Shown here: piece after piece, positions 26,848 to 40,616 of the stretch | How the letters are laid out: each line of letters starts with the position of its first letter | Position numbering within the stretch: the first letter of the stretch is position 1 | Assembly (NCBI GenBank): GCA_964016885.1 | Contig: OZ024755.1 | Coordinates: 33,914,001 to 33,978,000, forward strand | Length of the DNA: 64,000 nt | Source: Eledone cirrhosa | Taxonomy: Eukaryota | Direction of reading: 5' to 3' | Program-made: the position numbers and the translations under genes | Notes under the pieces: generated by a model | What the model was told of the DNA's origin: nothing | What the model saw: the letters and a program-made list of their open reading frames with translations, nothing else | The model's database searches: none

Positions 26848-27170
26848 AAGGCACGTGGCTTTGTGGTTAGGGCATTTCGCTCATGATCATAAGGTTGTGA
26901 GTTCGATTCCTGGCAGCGGTTGTGTCCTTGAGCAAGACACTTTTTCTCATGCTGCTCCAGTCCACTCAGCTGACAAACATGAGTTGTACCAGTAATTCGA
27001 AGGGCCAGCCATATCACATTCTGTGTCATGCTGAATCTCCCTGAGAACTACGTTAAAAGTACACGTGTTTGTGGAATGCTCAGCCACTTGCATGTTAATT
27101 TTACAAGCAGCAGGTTGTTCTGTTGATTGGATCAACAGGAATATTCGTCATCGTAACAAACAGAGAGTCA
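26848..27170 (+). mobile_element. tRNA-derived SINE (family B-related head, different body) with (CTA)n tail
   Basis: GGCACGTGGCTTTGTGGTTAGGGCA...GAGTTCGATTCC...TCCTTGAGCAAGACAC; body homologous (reverse complement) to ~18745-18870. Confidence 0.8.
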
Positions 27171-28310
27171 CTACTACTACTACTACTACTACTACAGTGA
27201 GTGTTTTTGCCATCTTCAATGTGTGAGCAGTGCCCAAGTGTAGGCTGTTGTTTTACATCTGAGGGCTTTCAGGCAGATTTTATATAGCAGAAAGGTGTTT
27301 CATCTTATAACATCAATTCAATGAAGAAGCAGGAAATGAGACATTTATTTATTTTGATAAGTGAAGTAATTAGAATAACTAGCAGAACAACGACCCTTTG
27401 GATGGTTTTCTGCTAGCATGTGTAGTGTGCATATTGATATCATACGCAAATATATATGCATTTAGATATGATACGTCAAATAAAATCGTAATTGAGACTA
27501 TACACAGAAATTGAAGAGAGACTGCATTACACTGTCTTCTGTAATCAGTAAAGTAACCCATGAAACATTTAAAAAAGGTGATATTATATATAAACTGCAT
27601 CACAGAAAAATTTTATGAAAATGAAAAAGGAGAAAATTAGCGACCGAAATATAAACGTTATATAACGATGTAAATATATGAACGTTTATATAAGGGATAT
27701 GATATAGTGTCTGTTATATCATAACTGGAAGTATTGACATTTGAAAATTTTAAAAGAAGTGAATCTGAAAATAAGCAATCATTATATATAAAAATATTTA
27801 TGTTTAATCAACAGCTACAAAATTTAGTAGATAAATTATGTAATAGTCATTCATTATTTATTCAAAGTAATCTAAATTATTTTACTAATGGGATAAAAAA
27901 TATATTCAGGACACAGTCCCGCACTCCTCCCTTTATTATATTATGATAGTTAGAAGGTACACTGAAATATATTGTTTTACAAAGAATACATAGAAGAATA
28001 CTGCTGGATAATTTGATAAGTATATATATGTATATTTAGTATATATATATGGATAATTTGATAAGTATATATATATGGATAATTTGATAAGTATATATAA
28101 GTATATTTTTTCAACCAGAATGTTCAGTGTTCAAACAAAGTCACTAGGGTTGCTGAAAAAAACACTTAACTCACAATAGTCAAATGACTGTAATCATAAA
28201 TAGGAATATCAAAGAAATATTTTTTTACTGGAAACAACCGGGGATAAGTAAATGATAAGCACATCATTAGTTTGGCATGTTGGATTCATGAGAAAAACAG
28301 TCTTACTTAC

Positions 28311-28378
28311 CTTGGATTTTCAAATTATCTTCATAATCAAAATTTCTCCACAAGATTGAAAGAAGCACAATGATGTTT
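28311..28378 (-). CDS. candidate internal exon (NIIVLLSILWRNFDYEDNLKIQ)
   Basis: Strong acceptor CTCTTTTCTTTGGCAG and consensus donor AAG|GTAAGT; 68 nt; only one frame is open (phase 2 to 1). Confidence 0.55.
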
Positions 28379-29276
28379 CTGCCAAAGAAAAGAGGAAAAA
28401 TATGTAATATAAGACTGCTATAGTAGGAGAGTTGAATTTATGAATTAAAAGTTCATTGATTTAACTTGCTCAGATATTATGCCTGTGTTCTGAAATTAAT
28501 TATTTCAGTAAACTCTTGGATTTAACAGATAAGCAAAGCATATTAAACCTAAAACAAAATAAATTAATGCCTTAAATGTTGCAGTAACCAATTAATTCTA
28601 AGTTTGGGTATCTAGAATAATGTGTTAGCAGCCGTGTATGTTGGAGATGCCTTTATATCTGGAGACGATTCAGGTTTGGCTTCAATAGTTTGACAGTAAA
28701 AGCTGCACTCCAAAGTTATCTAAAGGAATGTAAAATTATTATGATAGCAGAGAACCATTGAGAAGAAAAGAAGCAATAATTTAAAAAGAAATTTTTTTCT
28801 GGCACCATGTCTGTGACAAAGGATTACCTAAGCCTCATAAGATCCAAATACTTCACACACATTCAAAAGTCAATGCATAAATAATGTAGTCTTTGTATAT
28901 AAATGCTTTATTTATGCAAGATGTTAGGCAATAAATTCATTTTCGATCTCTAGCATTATCATATGTAAGCACTTTACCTTCAACATCCCTCAACTAAATC
29001 ACACATCAACCAAATTAATGTAAAAATGAGGAAAGAAAGAAAAATCCTTGAAATAATGTAAATCAATATCTATAGAAACGAAAAGAATTTTGATAAAAAT
29101 AAAGAAAATATATGAAAGCATTCAATACTTAAGATAAAGCTGGAAATTATTTTTTTATTTTATTTTCAATTTCCTTTCATTGTATAGAACACAATCTGTC
29201 ATTAATAAAAAAAATTCAATCTATAAAAATGCTTTGCTACCATGGAAAAAGGAAGATAGATGATATATATATATAT

Positions 29277-29652
29277 CATCATCATCATTTTACGTCCGCT
29301 TTTCCTTGCTTGCAAGGGTGGGACGGGAACTGATTCTGGCTTGATTTCTACAGCTGGATGCTCTTCCTAACACCAACCTCATTTACAGTGAGTGCTGAGT
29401 GCTTTTTTGCCATGGCACCAACACGTCTACTTTACAGTGTGGGCTGGGTGCTTTTTGCCATGGCACCAACGCGTCCACTTTACAGTGAGTGGTGGGTGCT
29501 TTTTTGCCGTGGCGCCTACACAACCACTTTGCAGTGGAATGATATGGACCCCAGTCCCTATCATCTCATTTCTACAGCTGAGTAAACTGGAGCAATGTTA
29601 AATAAAGTGTCTTGCTCAAGGAAACAACACATCACCCAGTCTGAGAATTGAA
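29277..29652 (-). mobile_element. SINE family B with extra internal ~48-bp subrepeats
   Basis: Reverse-complement match; the CACTTTACAGTG...GGGTGCTTTTTGCC module occurs three times. Confidence 0.88.
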
Positions 29653-29674
29653 CAAGACATATATATATTCATAT

Positions 29675-29709
<35 letters not shown>

Positions 29710-29713
<4 letters not shown>

Positions 29714-29886
29714 GATGAGATTCTACAGGACTAGAACTGTTTCATTCTTTAGAAATCATCAGGAATTTTCTGAAGAATGAAACAGTTCTAGTCCTGTAGA
29801 ATCTCATCTATATTAAAACTTTTATACTCTGCTATGTATTGAGTACCTTACTTACTGTGGTTACCTCCGATTCAACCCGGAATAAC

Positions 29887-29888
<2 letters not shown>
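29710..29888. mobile_element. fold-back element in (TA)n with a minus-strand hammerhead (29720-29766) and a tailed plus arm (family 3)
   Basis: Arms 29710-29749 and 29772-29812. Minus strand reads ATTC-CTGATGA-TTTC-TAAA-GAAT-GAAA-CAG-TTCTAGTC-CTG-TA-GAAT. The tail carries TTGAGTACC. Confidence 0.78.
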
Positions 29889-29927
<39 letters not shown>

Positions 29928-29956
29928 CACACATATATATATACACACCTACATAA

Positions 29957-29991
<35 letters not shown>

Positions 29992-30373
29992 AATACACAT
30001 ATCTAGATATATATATATACACATATGTATATATATATATATGACACATGACTGTGACCTCTGGCGTCACGCAGTACTACAGAAGACCCGACCCCCTACA
30101 GGAACAAGCCAAAGCTGAAGCATATAGACAATATGCCCCCCCCCCTCCCCCGCTGCAAAGTGGTCGTGGAGGTGCCATGGCAAAAAAGCACCCAGCACTC
30201 ACTGTAATTGAGGTTGGTGTTAGGAAGGGCATCCAGCTGTAGAAATCAAGCCAAAATCAGTTCCTGTATGAGCAAGACATGATCAGCTGACCGGACACTG
30301 CCTACAACAGGACAACCCATCTAACCCATGCTGGCATGGAAGAACGGACGTAAAACGATGATGATGATGATGA

Positions 30374-30405
<32 letters not shown>

Positions 30406-30508
30406 AGTATGTATACGTACATACATATGTGCATACAGATGTACAGTAGTATGTATATATACACATACATGCACACATATATATATGTACGTATTTCATT
30501 TCATTTTA

Positions 30509-30540
<32 letters not shown>

Positions 30541-30566
30541 CATATATATATATACATACATATATA

Positions 30567-30600
<34 letters not shown>

Positions 30601-30612
30601 CATACATATATA

Positions 30613-30650
<38 letters not shown>

Positions 30651-30876
30651 CATATAATATATACATACATATATATATATATATATAATATATACATACA
30701 TATATATATATATAATATATACATACATATATATATATATAAATATATACACACAAACACACACAATCCCTCCACATAAACGGGCACACACACGTTTGTA
30801 TATATATGCATGTATATATATCTATATATATATGTGCATATATATATATGTATGTATATATATATGTGTATATATA

Positions 30877-31444
30877 CAGGGGTTGGACAAAATAATGGAA
30901 ACACCTAGCATCATAGCATCATAATTTTGAAATATCTATAAAACCGTCAAACGCTTGTTTATTTTTATGTTTTTTTTATTTATTATTAGTGTTGTTTAAT
31001 ATGTTTTGTTAAAATTGTTGTTTTTTTTCAGATATCATCAGAAAAAGGTAATTAAAATTCATTAAAATGACAGATCTATCGGACTTTCAAAGAGGTAAAA
31101 TTGTTGGTGCCCGTATGGCAGGCGCTGGTGTAACGAAAACAGCCGAAATGTTTGGTGTATCAAGAGGTACTGTCTTGAAAGTAATGACAGCCTTTGAGAA
31201 AGAGGGAAAAACCTCCTCGTCGAAACAAAACTCCCGAAGAAAACCAAAACTTTCAGATAGGGACCGTCGGACTCTTACGGGAATTGTTAGAAAGGATCAC
31301 AAAAGTACAGCTCCCAAAATTACTGCAGAGTTTAATGACCACCTCGAGAACAATAAAGATAAACAAGCTTTTGATGGTTTTATAGATATTTCAAAATTAT
31401 GATGCTATGATGCTAGGTGTTTCCATTATTTTGTCCAACCCTTG
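30877..31444 (+). mobile_element. internally deleted Tc1-like transposon
   Basis: ~75 bp terminal inverted repeats CAGGGGTTGGACAAAATAATGGAAACACC with TA flanks. ORF 31067 DLSDFQRGKIVGAR...RKPKLSDRDRR is a Tc1 paired-like HTH. Confidence 0.92.
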
Positions 31445-31516
31445 TATATATATATATATATGCATATATACGCATATATATATATATATGCATGTATATA
31501 TATATATATATATATT

Positions 31517-31825
31517 CATATAATAAAGAGGAAATTAAAAGATGGTTAAAAGAGTTCCATATATTTTATTATGCACATTTCAAATACAAAATCATCCTGG
31601 GAAAAAAATTGTGTTCTCATCAGATAAAATAAGGTAACATGATATGAGGCATAATAGCACTTGTTTACAGGAAAGTGCTAATGCACATATTAAAATATAT
31701 GGAACTCTTTTAACCATCTTTTAATTTCTTCTTTATTATATATACTCCAGTTCTACCAACTATTGAGTGCTACTTATCTGATATATGCATAGTTTTATTG
31801 TTCTACAATATTACTCACCTTCTAC
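31517..31825. mobile_element. family 1 fold-back element with a minus-strand hammerhead (31562-31631)
   Basis: Arms ~31519-31577 and ~31682-31742. Minus strand reads TATTTTAT-CTGATGA...GAAA-T-GTGC-A-TA-ATAAAATA. The plus arm has a tail with TTGAGTGCTA, homologous to 8305-8395. Confidence 0.78.
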
Positions 31826-31954
31826 ATATATATATTCATATATATATATATATATATACATATATGCATATATATACATATATGCATATATATATATATA
31901 TATATATATACGCATATATATATATATATATGCATGTATATATATATATTCATT

Positions 31955-33230
31955 TCTATGAGTCGCTAATACTCACTACCTTCCAAATAACCAACAGTAA
32001 CTACATAATTATTGCTGGTGACCTAAATGGTCATGTTGGACAACATTGTGACGGCTATGATGGAATCCATGGAGGCTATGGGTTTGGTACTAGAAATTAG
32101 GAAGGCTTCAGAATCCTGGAATTCTGTGACCCTAATAACCTATCTGTAACACAAACTTCAAAAAATGAGACAATCACTTGATCACCTATAGATCAGGGGA
32201 ACACGCCAGTCAGATAGATTATATCCTTATCAGAAGACGTGGTAGAGTGTCTGTCGTAAACACTAAATCTCTCCCCCATGAAGAATGCACCTCCTAACAT
32301 AGCCTCATAGTTAGTGACCTCATAGTCAGGACTAGACGTACTCAACAACAGAGGAAGAGTATCTTGAGGAGAAGAATATGGAAGTTGAAGGACCCCACAA
32401 GCAGTAACAAATTTAAAAGCATATTACTTGATGCTTTTGACAGTAAGGAAGAGCAATTAGAGACGTACAATATAGAGGAACAGTGGGAATTCCTGAAAGC
32501 TAACCTGCTGAAGGCAACATATGAAATCTGTGGCTGGAGCAGACCTATAGACAGGAGGAGAGTAACTTGGTGGTGGAACAGTAAGGTGGAGGAGTCAATC
32601 AAGGCCAAAAAGCAGACTTGGAAAGTATGGTGGGATGGGGGAAGTAGAGAACACTATCAAGTGGCCAAGAGAAAAGCTAGGAAACAAGTGTACTTTGCAA
32701 GAAGGGAAGCAGAGGAAAGAAAGTTCAAGCATGTTCTACAACGCGAGGACCAAAAACTTGAGGTGTTCAGGATTAAAACCGTGATATTGTCGGGGAGAAG
32801 TGTGTCTATAATGATGATGGTGTACTTGCCATCACTGATGCTGATAAGAAGGTAGCTTGGAAGTGTCACTACAAGAGACTACTAAATGAGGAGAATAAAT
32901 GGGAAAAGATAGTCTGCCCCAAATCGATGCAATAGAGGGACCAGCAGTGCAAGTTAAATGTAGTATAATAAGTAAGGCAATCATAGATATGAAGACAGGC
33001 AAGGCAGTTGGGCCTTCAGCAATAGTTGCTGAAATGCTGAAAGCAACCGGAATGGTGGGACACACTATGGTCACCATATAGTAAACCAAGTAATACAGAA
33101 TGGGGTCATACCAAATGACTGGCATAGCAGCATCACCATTAACTGCTACAAGGCTAAAGGCGATGCCCTAGATAGGGGAAACTATAGAGGCATTAAATTA
33201 GTTGACCAAGTCATGAAGGTCACAGAATGA
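31955..33230 (+). mobile_element. RTE LINE internal fragment (APE endonuclease end to start of RT), pseudogenised
   Basis: Peptides [42 protein letters not shown] and NYRGIKL, with stops and frameshifts. Confidence 0.92.
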
Positions 33231-33253
33231 GTTATGTCATACATTAATTTATA

Positions 33254-33315
33254 TATTTTATCTGATGAGTACGTACTGAAAAAACCACAGTACCTCCGAA
33301 ATATATATAACAACA
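33254..33315 (+). ncRNA. hammerhead motif with decayed stem I (family 1)
   Basis: TATTTTAT-CTGATGA-G..GTACTG/CAGTAC..C-GAAA-T-ATAT-A-TA; downstream TTGAGTGCTT at 33401. Confidence 0.55.
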
Positions 33316-34042
33316 TTTTTTTTTATGACGTTGAATCGTTGAATGTCTATATTTATTAATATTTTGAATTAATATTAATAACTCCTGAAATTTTTTGCCG
33401 TTGAGTGCTTCTAATCTATTGTAAAACTATATTCATTAATTAATCAATGAACCTTGTTTAACTTTTGGTTATATATATATATATATTTCAAAATATGTTA
33501 TTGGTCACAACATAACCATTATGATTAGAGCAAACGACCTTTTATTTATTAATTAGAATTAGCGATATATATCTCTGCTCTTAGAATCAGCGCCAATTTA
33601 AGAATATCTCGCAGGTGTCTTATTCATAGAATTGAATTCAATTAGACTAGCAAATTGAAATACCAAATGACTTAATTGTCAGGGATGTCAATAATGTCAT
33701 TTTTCATTGGTGCGTAGTTATTCTCTAAAGTATGACCAAACTCCCTTACTTACTCATCATGCTACACTTTGGCTCTGACAATCCACATACAGCAGAAAAT
33801 TCTTCAGTTTAGCAATCATATTATCGTTATTAGTGCAACAAAGGCATTATTACTGCCAAATTGACAGCAGTCAAGTAAGTGTGGAATTATTTCCACATTT
33901 GAAGGCTATCATGTATTGGTCAGTCTCCTTCAATATTTAATTCTATCTATTCTAATGTTGCTACCTGTATCTCGGCTGATTCTAGGTGTCTCATATTTCC
34001 ATTTACATTCATTCACAATAAATAGACCTTTGTATATATATA

Positions 34043-34390
34043 TCATCATCATCATCATCATTTCATTTTACGTCCGCTTTTCCCTGCTTGCAAGGGTGGG
34101 ACGGGAACTGATTCTGGCTTGATTTCTACAGCTGGATGCCCTTTCTAACACCAACCTCATTTACAGTGAGTGCTGGGTGCTTTTTTGCCGTGGCACCTCC
34201 ACAACCACTTTGCAGTGGAATGATAGAGACCCCAGTCCTTATCATCTCATTTCTACAGCTGAGTAAACTGGAGCAATGGGAAATAAAGTCTCTTGCTCAA
34301 GGAAACAACACATCACCCGGTCTGAGAATTGAACTCACAACCTTTCGATTGCAAGGCCAATGCTCTAACCACTAAGCCATATGCCTCCAT
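34043..34390 (-). mobile_element. SINE family B
   Basis: Full-length reverse-complement match. Confidence 0.9.
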
Positions 34391-34441
34391 ATATATATAT
34401 ATATATATATACATGTATACATATATATATATATACATGTA

Positions 34442-34782
34442 CGAGGGCAATCCCAAAAGTAAGGTCTCCTTCCGATATTGCAACTTTTCTGTTAAAATCC
34501 TGTGGATGGTGCTTCGGGAAACTTCAGGAACAAAAATGCAGAGAGCATACTTTTGGGATTGCCCTTGTATATAATAACTGTGCGAAATTCGCATTTGGCG
34601 GTAGCGTTCAACGGGAGCTCCATTCTCAATGGCTGACAAGCCAAGATTGAGCATCCCAGCGAAGCACGCGCATGCTTATTTGGGAGTGAAAGAAGCACCA
34701 ATCACAACAGTGTTGCCAACAGCCGTACAAACAGTTTCTCTTCATCCCCATCGCTTTGGCGACCTTACTTTTGGATTACCCT

Positions 34783-34784
<2 letters not shown>
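34442..34784. mobile_element. mariner-derived MITE
   Basis: Terminal inverted repeats CGAGGGCAATCCCAAAAGTAAGGTC / GACCTTACTTTTGGATTACCCTTG, plus an internal third TIR copy at ~34546-34567. Minus-strand peptide VSRSTIHRILTEKLQYRK is mariner HTH-like. Confidence 0.8.
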
Positions 34785-34826
<42 letters not shown>

Positions 34827-35607
34827 TATATATTTGATATATATTTATCCTTATCGAGCCCTCTTTGAATGTTAGTCTTCACAAAAAGATTTTCTTTTCA
34901 TGATACACAAATATTTGCCTTTCAGGGTCGATAAAATAAAGTACCAGTAATGCACTGGGTAATTGCTGGCCTTGTGCCAAAAGTAGAAACAATTATATAT
35001 AAATACAATTTACACAAACACACATATGCACACACAAAAACACTCATAATCATAACACGCAATGTGTGTAGCCAATTCCTTATACATATAGACACACAGA
35101 TGTAGCGAATATTGGACGCTGCCCGCTTCCTATCTCAGTCAACGTTATCACCCCTTTCTTTCTTAGTTTGTCATTAACCCTTCCTTTGTCAGTCATCTAT
35201 TGTGATGGACAAAAACACAAGAGTATTATATATTAGTAGATATTTAGGTAAAATCTAATGTAGATATCATTCCTGTTTTGTTTTGTATTTTAACTAAAAG
35301 CCTTTGCTGTGAAAAGTATGAAATATCAACTCTTTCAACTACACACACGTACAAAGAAAAACACAAGAGATTATCCTTATTCCTGCTTTTCAGAGATTTC
35401 CATCTCCGCATCAAAGGAAGACTACCCTTAGGATTCTCTGTATGGAGGGATATTATTAGGACAAAGCTCCATATATCATACAAGATATAGAAAATAGCTA
35501 AAATGGCCATTCTAATTTGCATGAAGTGCTTATGTGCTGCAACATAATCAATCCAAGGAATAGTGAAAAGTGTTTACACTTCACATTAATTTGATTCTTC
35601 TGTATAT

Positions 35608-35797
35608 AATTGTTTCTACTTTTGGCACAAAGCCAGCAATTACCCGGTGAATTACTGGTACTTTATTTTATCGACCCCATAAGGATGAAAGGCAAAGTTA
35701 ACCTCGGCGGGATTTGAACTCAGAATGGCAAGGGCCGTAACTCTATGCGCCAAATCATGGCATCCGACCCTCTACCGATACTGCCAATCCACCGCCA
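35608..35797 (-). mobile_element. SINE family A
   Basis: Full-length reverse-complement match. Confidence 0.9.
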
Positions 35798-35871
35798 TAT
35801 ATAATACATATATTTTAGCACAATGAGGGAAATGTGAAGCTTTTGTTGAGCTAAATAGTATAATAATATAT

Positions 35872-36425
35872 ATCATCATCATTTTACATCCATTGTTCTA
35901 TGCTTGCATGGGTTCTTCTCAATAAGGCATCTCTTCACTTGTCCCATTCCTTTGTCATCAACATTGTGAGCTTTAGCAATCTGAGATCAGCTCTCATAAC
36001 TTCCATTTAGGTCTATATTGGACTTCCTCTACTGTGGCTTCCTTCTGGGATTATTTGGCACTTCTTCATCCACTGATCATCATCTATGCACATCACATGT
36101 CAATACCAATGCAGTCTCATCCTCTGCACATCACTTCTGATTCCTCTTATACCCAGTTTCTCCCTCAGTTCATCCATGCTTTGTCATTCTCGCACATTAA
36201 CATTGCATATCCATTGAAGCATGCTTGCCTCATTTCACTCCAGCCCCCACATGTCCTCTGCATTCACTGTCCTTGTCTCACTACCATGCAGCATGGCATT
36301 TAACACACAGGTGTGATATAGTTGGCCTTTCATTTTGTAGGGAGAAACATTTTGTTGTTAGCAAGGAGAGCAGTTTTCAAAACTTCTTCCATCCTATCCT
36401 TATTCTAACTACTATGCTCCTCAAG
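35872..36425 (-). mobile_element. RTE LINE 3' fragment
   Basis: Reverse-complement homologue of 47600-48165. Confidence 0.8.
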
Positions 36426-37309
36426 GACCTTCTTTCCCTGCTAATTATATCACCTGGGACTGGCAAAGGTTTACATAATTCATACTTTTACTATGAATTA
36501 TCTCTGAACACCTACTGCAAACAGAGTCTTTAGCGAAACTAATTCTAAGCATTTTCTCACATATGTTTGTATTTAATAGTTTTGATACTTTCTCAATCTT
36601 AGTAATTAATGTTTCATTTATAAATATAGCCTGCAGCGGAAGGTGATATACTATAAATTGATGATACACAAACCATTGAATAATTACCATATGGGGAATT
36701 TTGAACAAGCAAACACTACATCTTCATTCCATTACAAAGATTGATTAAAATTTATTCTAAGATAGATTAATATTTTACTAACTATACATTGTAAACTAGC
36801 TACCTGTTAAAATGAACAGAAATAGAGTAGGTTAATTTCTAGTAATACTATCATAAATTATAAAATGTCATTAATCAGAAACTAACATTGAATTCTATGG
36901 GTTTGATTGTATAGTTTCAAAGACAATAACAGCATTCTCCAAATTGAGAGATCACAGCTCTGATACTATGGGCATGTGGTTAGAATGTCTCAGGAAGGAA
37001 TTGCTGGACAGATTTTACAGGCAAAACCAACCGGCAAGAGACAAGGGGTTAGACCCCAAGCGAGATGGTTGGATAACATACACGAACTTAGTAAATATAG
37101 AGTAATGTAAATGCTAAAGAGTTAAATATAAGGAAATGGCTGAACACTTTCACAAGGGCTTTCAATATCATTTCTTAGAGGGTTCTAAACCCCACAATCA
37201 GGCTCACATTTCTTTAGTCAAAAATACGGCAAAGACTTTTATTTCTAATTTCAAACTCGCTCACTGTTTCAAAAGCATACTTACTTATCGTATATATATA
37301 TATATAGAA

Positions 37310-37495
37310 ATAATTGTTTCTACTATTGGCACAAGGCCAGCAACTACCCAGCGCATTACTGGTACTTTATTTTATCGACCCCGTAAGAATGAAAAGCAAA
37401 GTTAACCTCGGCGGGATTTGAACTCAGAATGGCAATGGCCGTAACTCTATGCGTCAAAGCATGGCATCCGACACTCTACCGATACTGCTAATCCA
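37310..37495 (-). mobile_element. SINE family A
   Basis: Reverse-complement match. Confidence 0.9.
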
Positions 37496-37527
37496 GTAAT
37501 AATAATGCTCGATAAATATATATATTT

Positions 37528-37866
37528 ATCATCATCATCATTTTACGTCCGCTTTTCCCTGCTTGCAAAGGTGGGACGGGAACTGATTCTGGCTTGATTT
37601 CTACAGCTGGATGCCCTTCCTAACACCAACCTCATTTACAGTGAGTGCTGGGTGCTTTTTTTGCCGTGGCACCTCCACGACTACTTTGCAGTGGAATGAT
37701 AGGGACCCCAGTCCCTATCATCTCATTTCTACAGCTGAGTAAACTGGAGCAATGTGAAATAAAGTGCCTTGCTCAAGGAAACAACACATCACCCGGTCTG
37801 AAAATTGAACTCACAACCTTTCGATTGCAAGGCCAATGCTCTAACCACTAAGCCATGTGCCTCCAT
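37528..37866 (-). mobile_element. SINE family B
   Basis: Full-length reverse-complement match. Confidence 0.9.
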
Positions 37867-37939
37867 AAAAGATTGTGCCAACCTCCGGATGCCGAAACCC
37901 GTATATATATATGTATATATTTATATATTTATATTTATA

Positions 37940-37986
<47 letters not shown>

Positions 37987-38114
37987 AAAGTTCTATTTAA
38001 AATTGTTGGGATACAACAAGTAAATATTTTTATAACTGATATAAAGCACTCGACAAGTTTTTGGAGTAGATATACGATATTAATAAATGGAAACTATATT
38101 TATAAAACCATATT

Positions 38115-38179
38115 TATTTCATTATACATATTTCAGGGATACCACATTAAATTATGGTATGCCTTCATCAGACAAAATA
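38115..38179 (-). ncRNA. type I hammerhead ribozyme motif
   Basis: Minus strand: TATTTTGT-CTGATGA-AGGCATACCATA/TGTGGTATCCCT-GAAA-T-ATGT-A-TA-ATGAAATA. Confidence 0.8.
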
Positions 38180-38286
38180 CAATATATAACAGTTTTACAA
38201 ATAGCTTTGACGTACCCTTTTAAAATACAACCATTACTTTTTTTAAAAGGGTACGTCAAAGCTATTTGTAAAACTGTTATATATTG

Positions 38287-38351
38287 TATTTTGTCTGATG
38301 AAGGCATACCATAATTTAATGTGGTATCCCTGAAATATGTATAATGAAATA
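38287..38351 (+). ncRNA. type I hammerhead ribozyme motif
   Basis: Same motif as 38115-38179, on the plus strand. Confidence 0.8.
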
Positions 38352-38391
38352 AATAAGGTTTTATAAATATAGTTTCCATTTATTAATATCG

Positions 38392-38485
<94 letters not shown>

Positions 38486-38500
38486 ATATATATTTATATT

Positions 38501-38531
<31 letters not shown>

Positions 38532-38610
38532 ATTTAGTAATAATAATAAATCTATATATATGTATATATATATATATATATATTTATATCTATGTATATA
38601 TATATATATT

Positions 38611-38661
<51 letters not shown>

Positions 38662-38744
38662 GTGTGTGAGTGTGTGTGTTTATTCTATAAATTTCTAATG
38701 CACTCATTCTTCAACTCAATTTTCGAGACAACATCTTGCTTTTA

Positions 38745-39565
38745 TATGGGTGCGGACAATATTTGTTCGCAATTTTCAACTGCTAATTTTATGCAAATTT
38801 TTTTTACTTCCGTTGTCACTCTTGTCTTCATAAAAACAGTGACCATATTTCCATTATTTATTTTCAGAGTAATTGATTATGAATAATTTTGAACCTCCAA
38901 ATTTGTGGAAGAGACATGAAGGACAAATAAGACCAGAAGATCAACTCCCAGAACAACAGGTGGCTCGCTGTCTCATCCAAAGACGTGCACAGTCATGCAG
39001 ACGAAGTTTCCAGCGACAACATTGGTCTTAGGTGTTGTCAGCAGCCAAGGTGACGTCATGCCTCTTCACTTCTTCCCTGAGGGCCTCAAGCTGCACACCG
39101 ATGGCTACATCCGTGTTCTGAGCGAGGTAGTAAAGCCCTGGATCGACCAGGTAGCTGCAGGTAGGCCGTACGTGTGTCAGCAAGACTCAGCGCCCTGCCA
39201 TACCAGCCGAAAGACCCATCTGGCCTCCCAGCTCGCCTGACTGCAACCTCCTCAACTTCTTTGTGTGGGGCACAGTGGAACGAGACGCCAACAGATCTAG
39301 CTGCAATACGAAAGACGATCTGAAGGCCAGGATCACAAGTGCCTTTAGGGGCCTAAGTGGGAGGACAGTGACGAAGGCCTGTAGCCGGTTCTGAGGCCGC
39401 CTTGAGGCCATCATCAAAGCCAATGGCGGGTTTATCGAGTGAGATCGAAAGAACAAGTCATGAAGACAAACTGACCCAAGTTTGATAAATAAATCTTAAA
39501 AAATAAAACTACTGTGTTATTTTTTCTAGACAGTAATCTTGCAAACAAATATCACCCGCACCCTG
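38745..39565 (+). mobile_element. Tc1/mariner (maT/DD37D-like) defective transposon
   Basis: Terminal inverted repeats GGGTGCGG..AATATTTGTT / AACAAATATCACCCGCACCCTG. Peptide QTKFPAT.LVLGVVSS.GDVMP.HFF...QQDSAPCHTS. Confidence 0.9.
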
Positions 39566-39589
39566 TATATATATATATATATGTGTGTA

Positions 39590-39642
<53 letters not shown>

Positions 39643-39863
39643 GTATATATATATATATGTGTGTGTGTGTGTATATATGTATATATATATATATGTGTAT
39701 ATATGTATATATATATATATATATATATAAATATATATATACGTGTATATATGTATATATAAATATATATATATGTGTATATATGTATATATATATACTT
39801 ATATATACATATATATATGTGTATATATGTATATATATATATAAATATATATGTGTATATATG

Positions 39864-39915
<52 letters not shown>

Positions 39916-40252
39916 CATGACTTGGATTATCTTTGATTTTCTGTATGTATCATTTGTGATCCTGTCTCTATTTTTCTACTCCTGAAGAAGGAATAAGGCC
40001 TGACACATTGAAATTTCTTTCCTCTTTTCCATATAAAGCATAAAACTATATCATCATCATCATCATCATTTTACGTCCGCTTTTCCCTGCTTGCAAGGAA
40101 TATATATATATATATATTGAACAAAAAGGTGACGTGGTTGCCTAAACACTGTACGGCGTACATCAGGCTGTTCGTTTGTTTACAAACGAACAAAGCGAAC
40201 ATTATAATAAATGTTTGGTAAACTGATACGTGCATATATATATGGGTGCCTG

Positions 40253-40289
<37 letters not shown>

Positions 40290-40341
40290 GCTACTGTACG
40301 TCTGTATATATATATGTATGTACGTATACATACATACTTAC

Positions 40342-40382
<41 letters not shown>

Positions 40383-40397
40383 TATTGATGTTCTGAA

Positions 40398-40600
40398 ATA
40401 AATGTATGTATAGTATATTTGGCAATATACCATATGTTTAATTATAAACATTTAGAAGACCATCCGCTGTCAGCTACTCTCCCTTCTTTCGCCGAAAAGA
40501 AGTGACATAGTCACTGCTTTAAAACTCATAGCGATTGGTCTTCTAAATGTTTTTAATTAAACATACAGTATATTGCCAAATATACTGTACATACATTTAT
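40398..40600. repeat. inverted repeat (~65 bp arms) between (TA)n tracts
   Basis: aaatgtatgtatagtatatttggcaatatac...tttagaagacca versus tggtcttctaaa...gtatattgccaaatatactgtacatacattt. Confidence 0.85.
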
Positions 40601-40616
40601 ATATATATATATATAT

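Larger units (their letters stand above)
37985..38395. mobile_element. near-perfect ~150-bp-arm fold-back with two intact divergent hammerheads (family 1)
   Basis: 38070-38224 is the reverse complement of 38242-38396 with about one mismatch. The left arm has a tail to ~37985 with TCGAGTGCTT; (TA)n on both sides. Confidence 0.88.
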
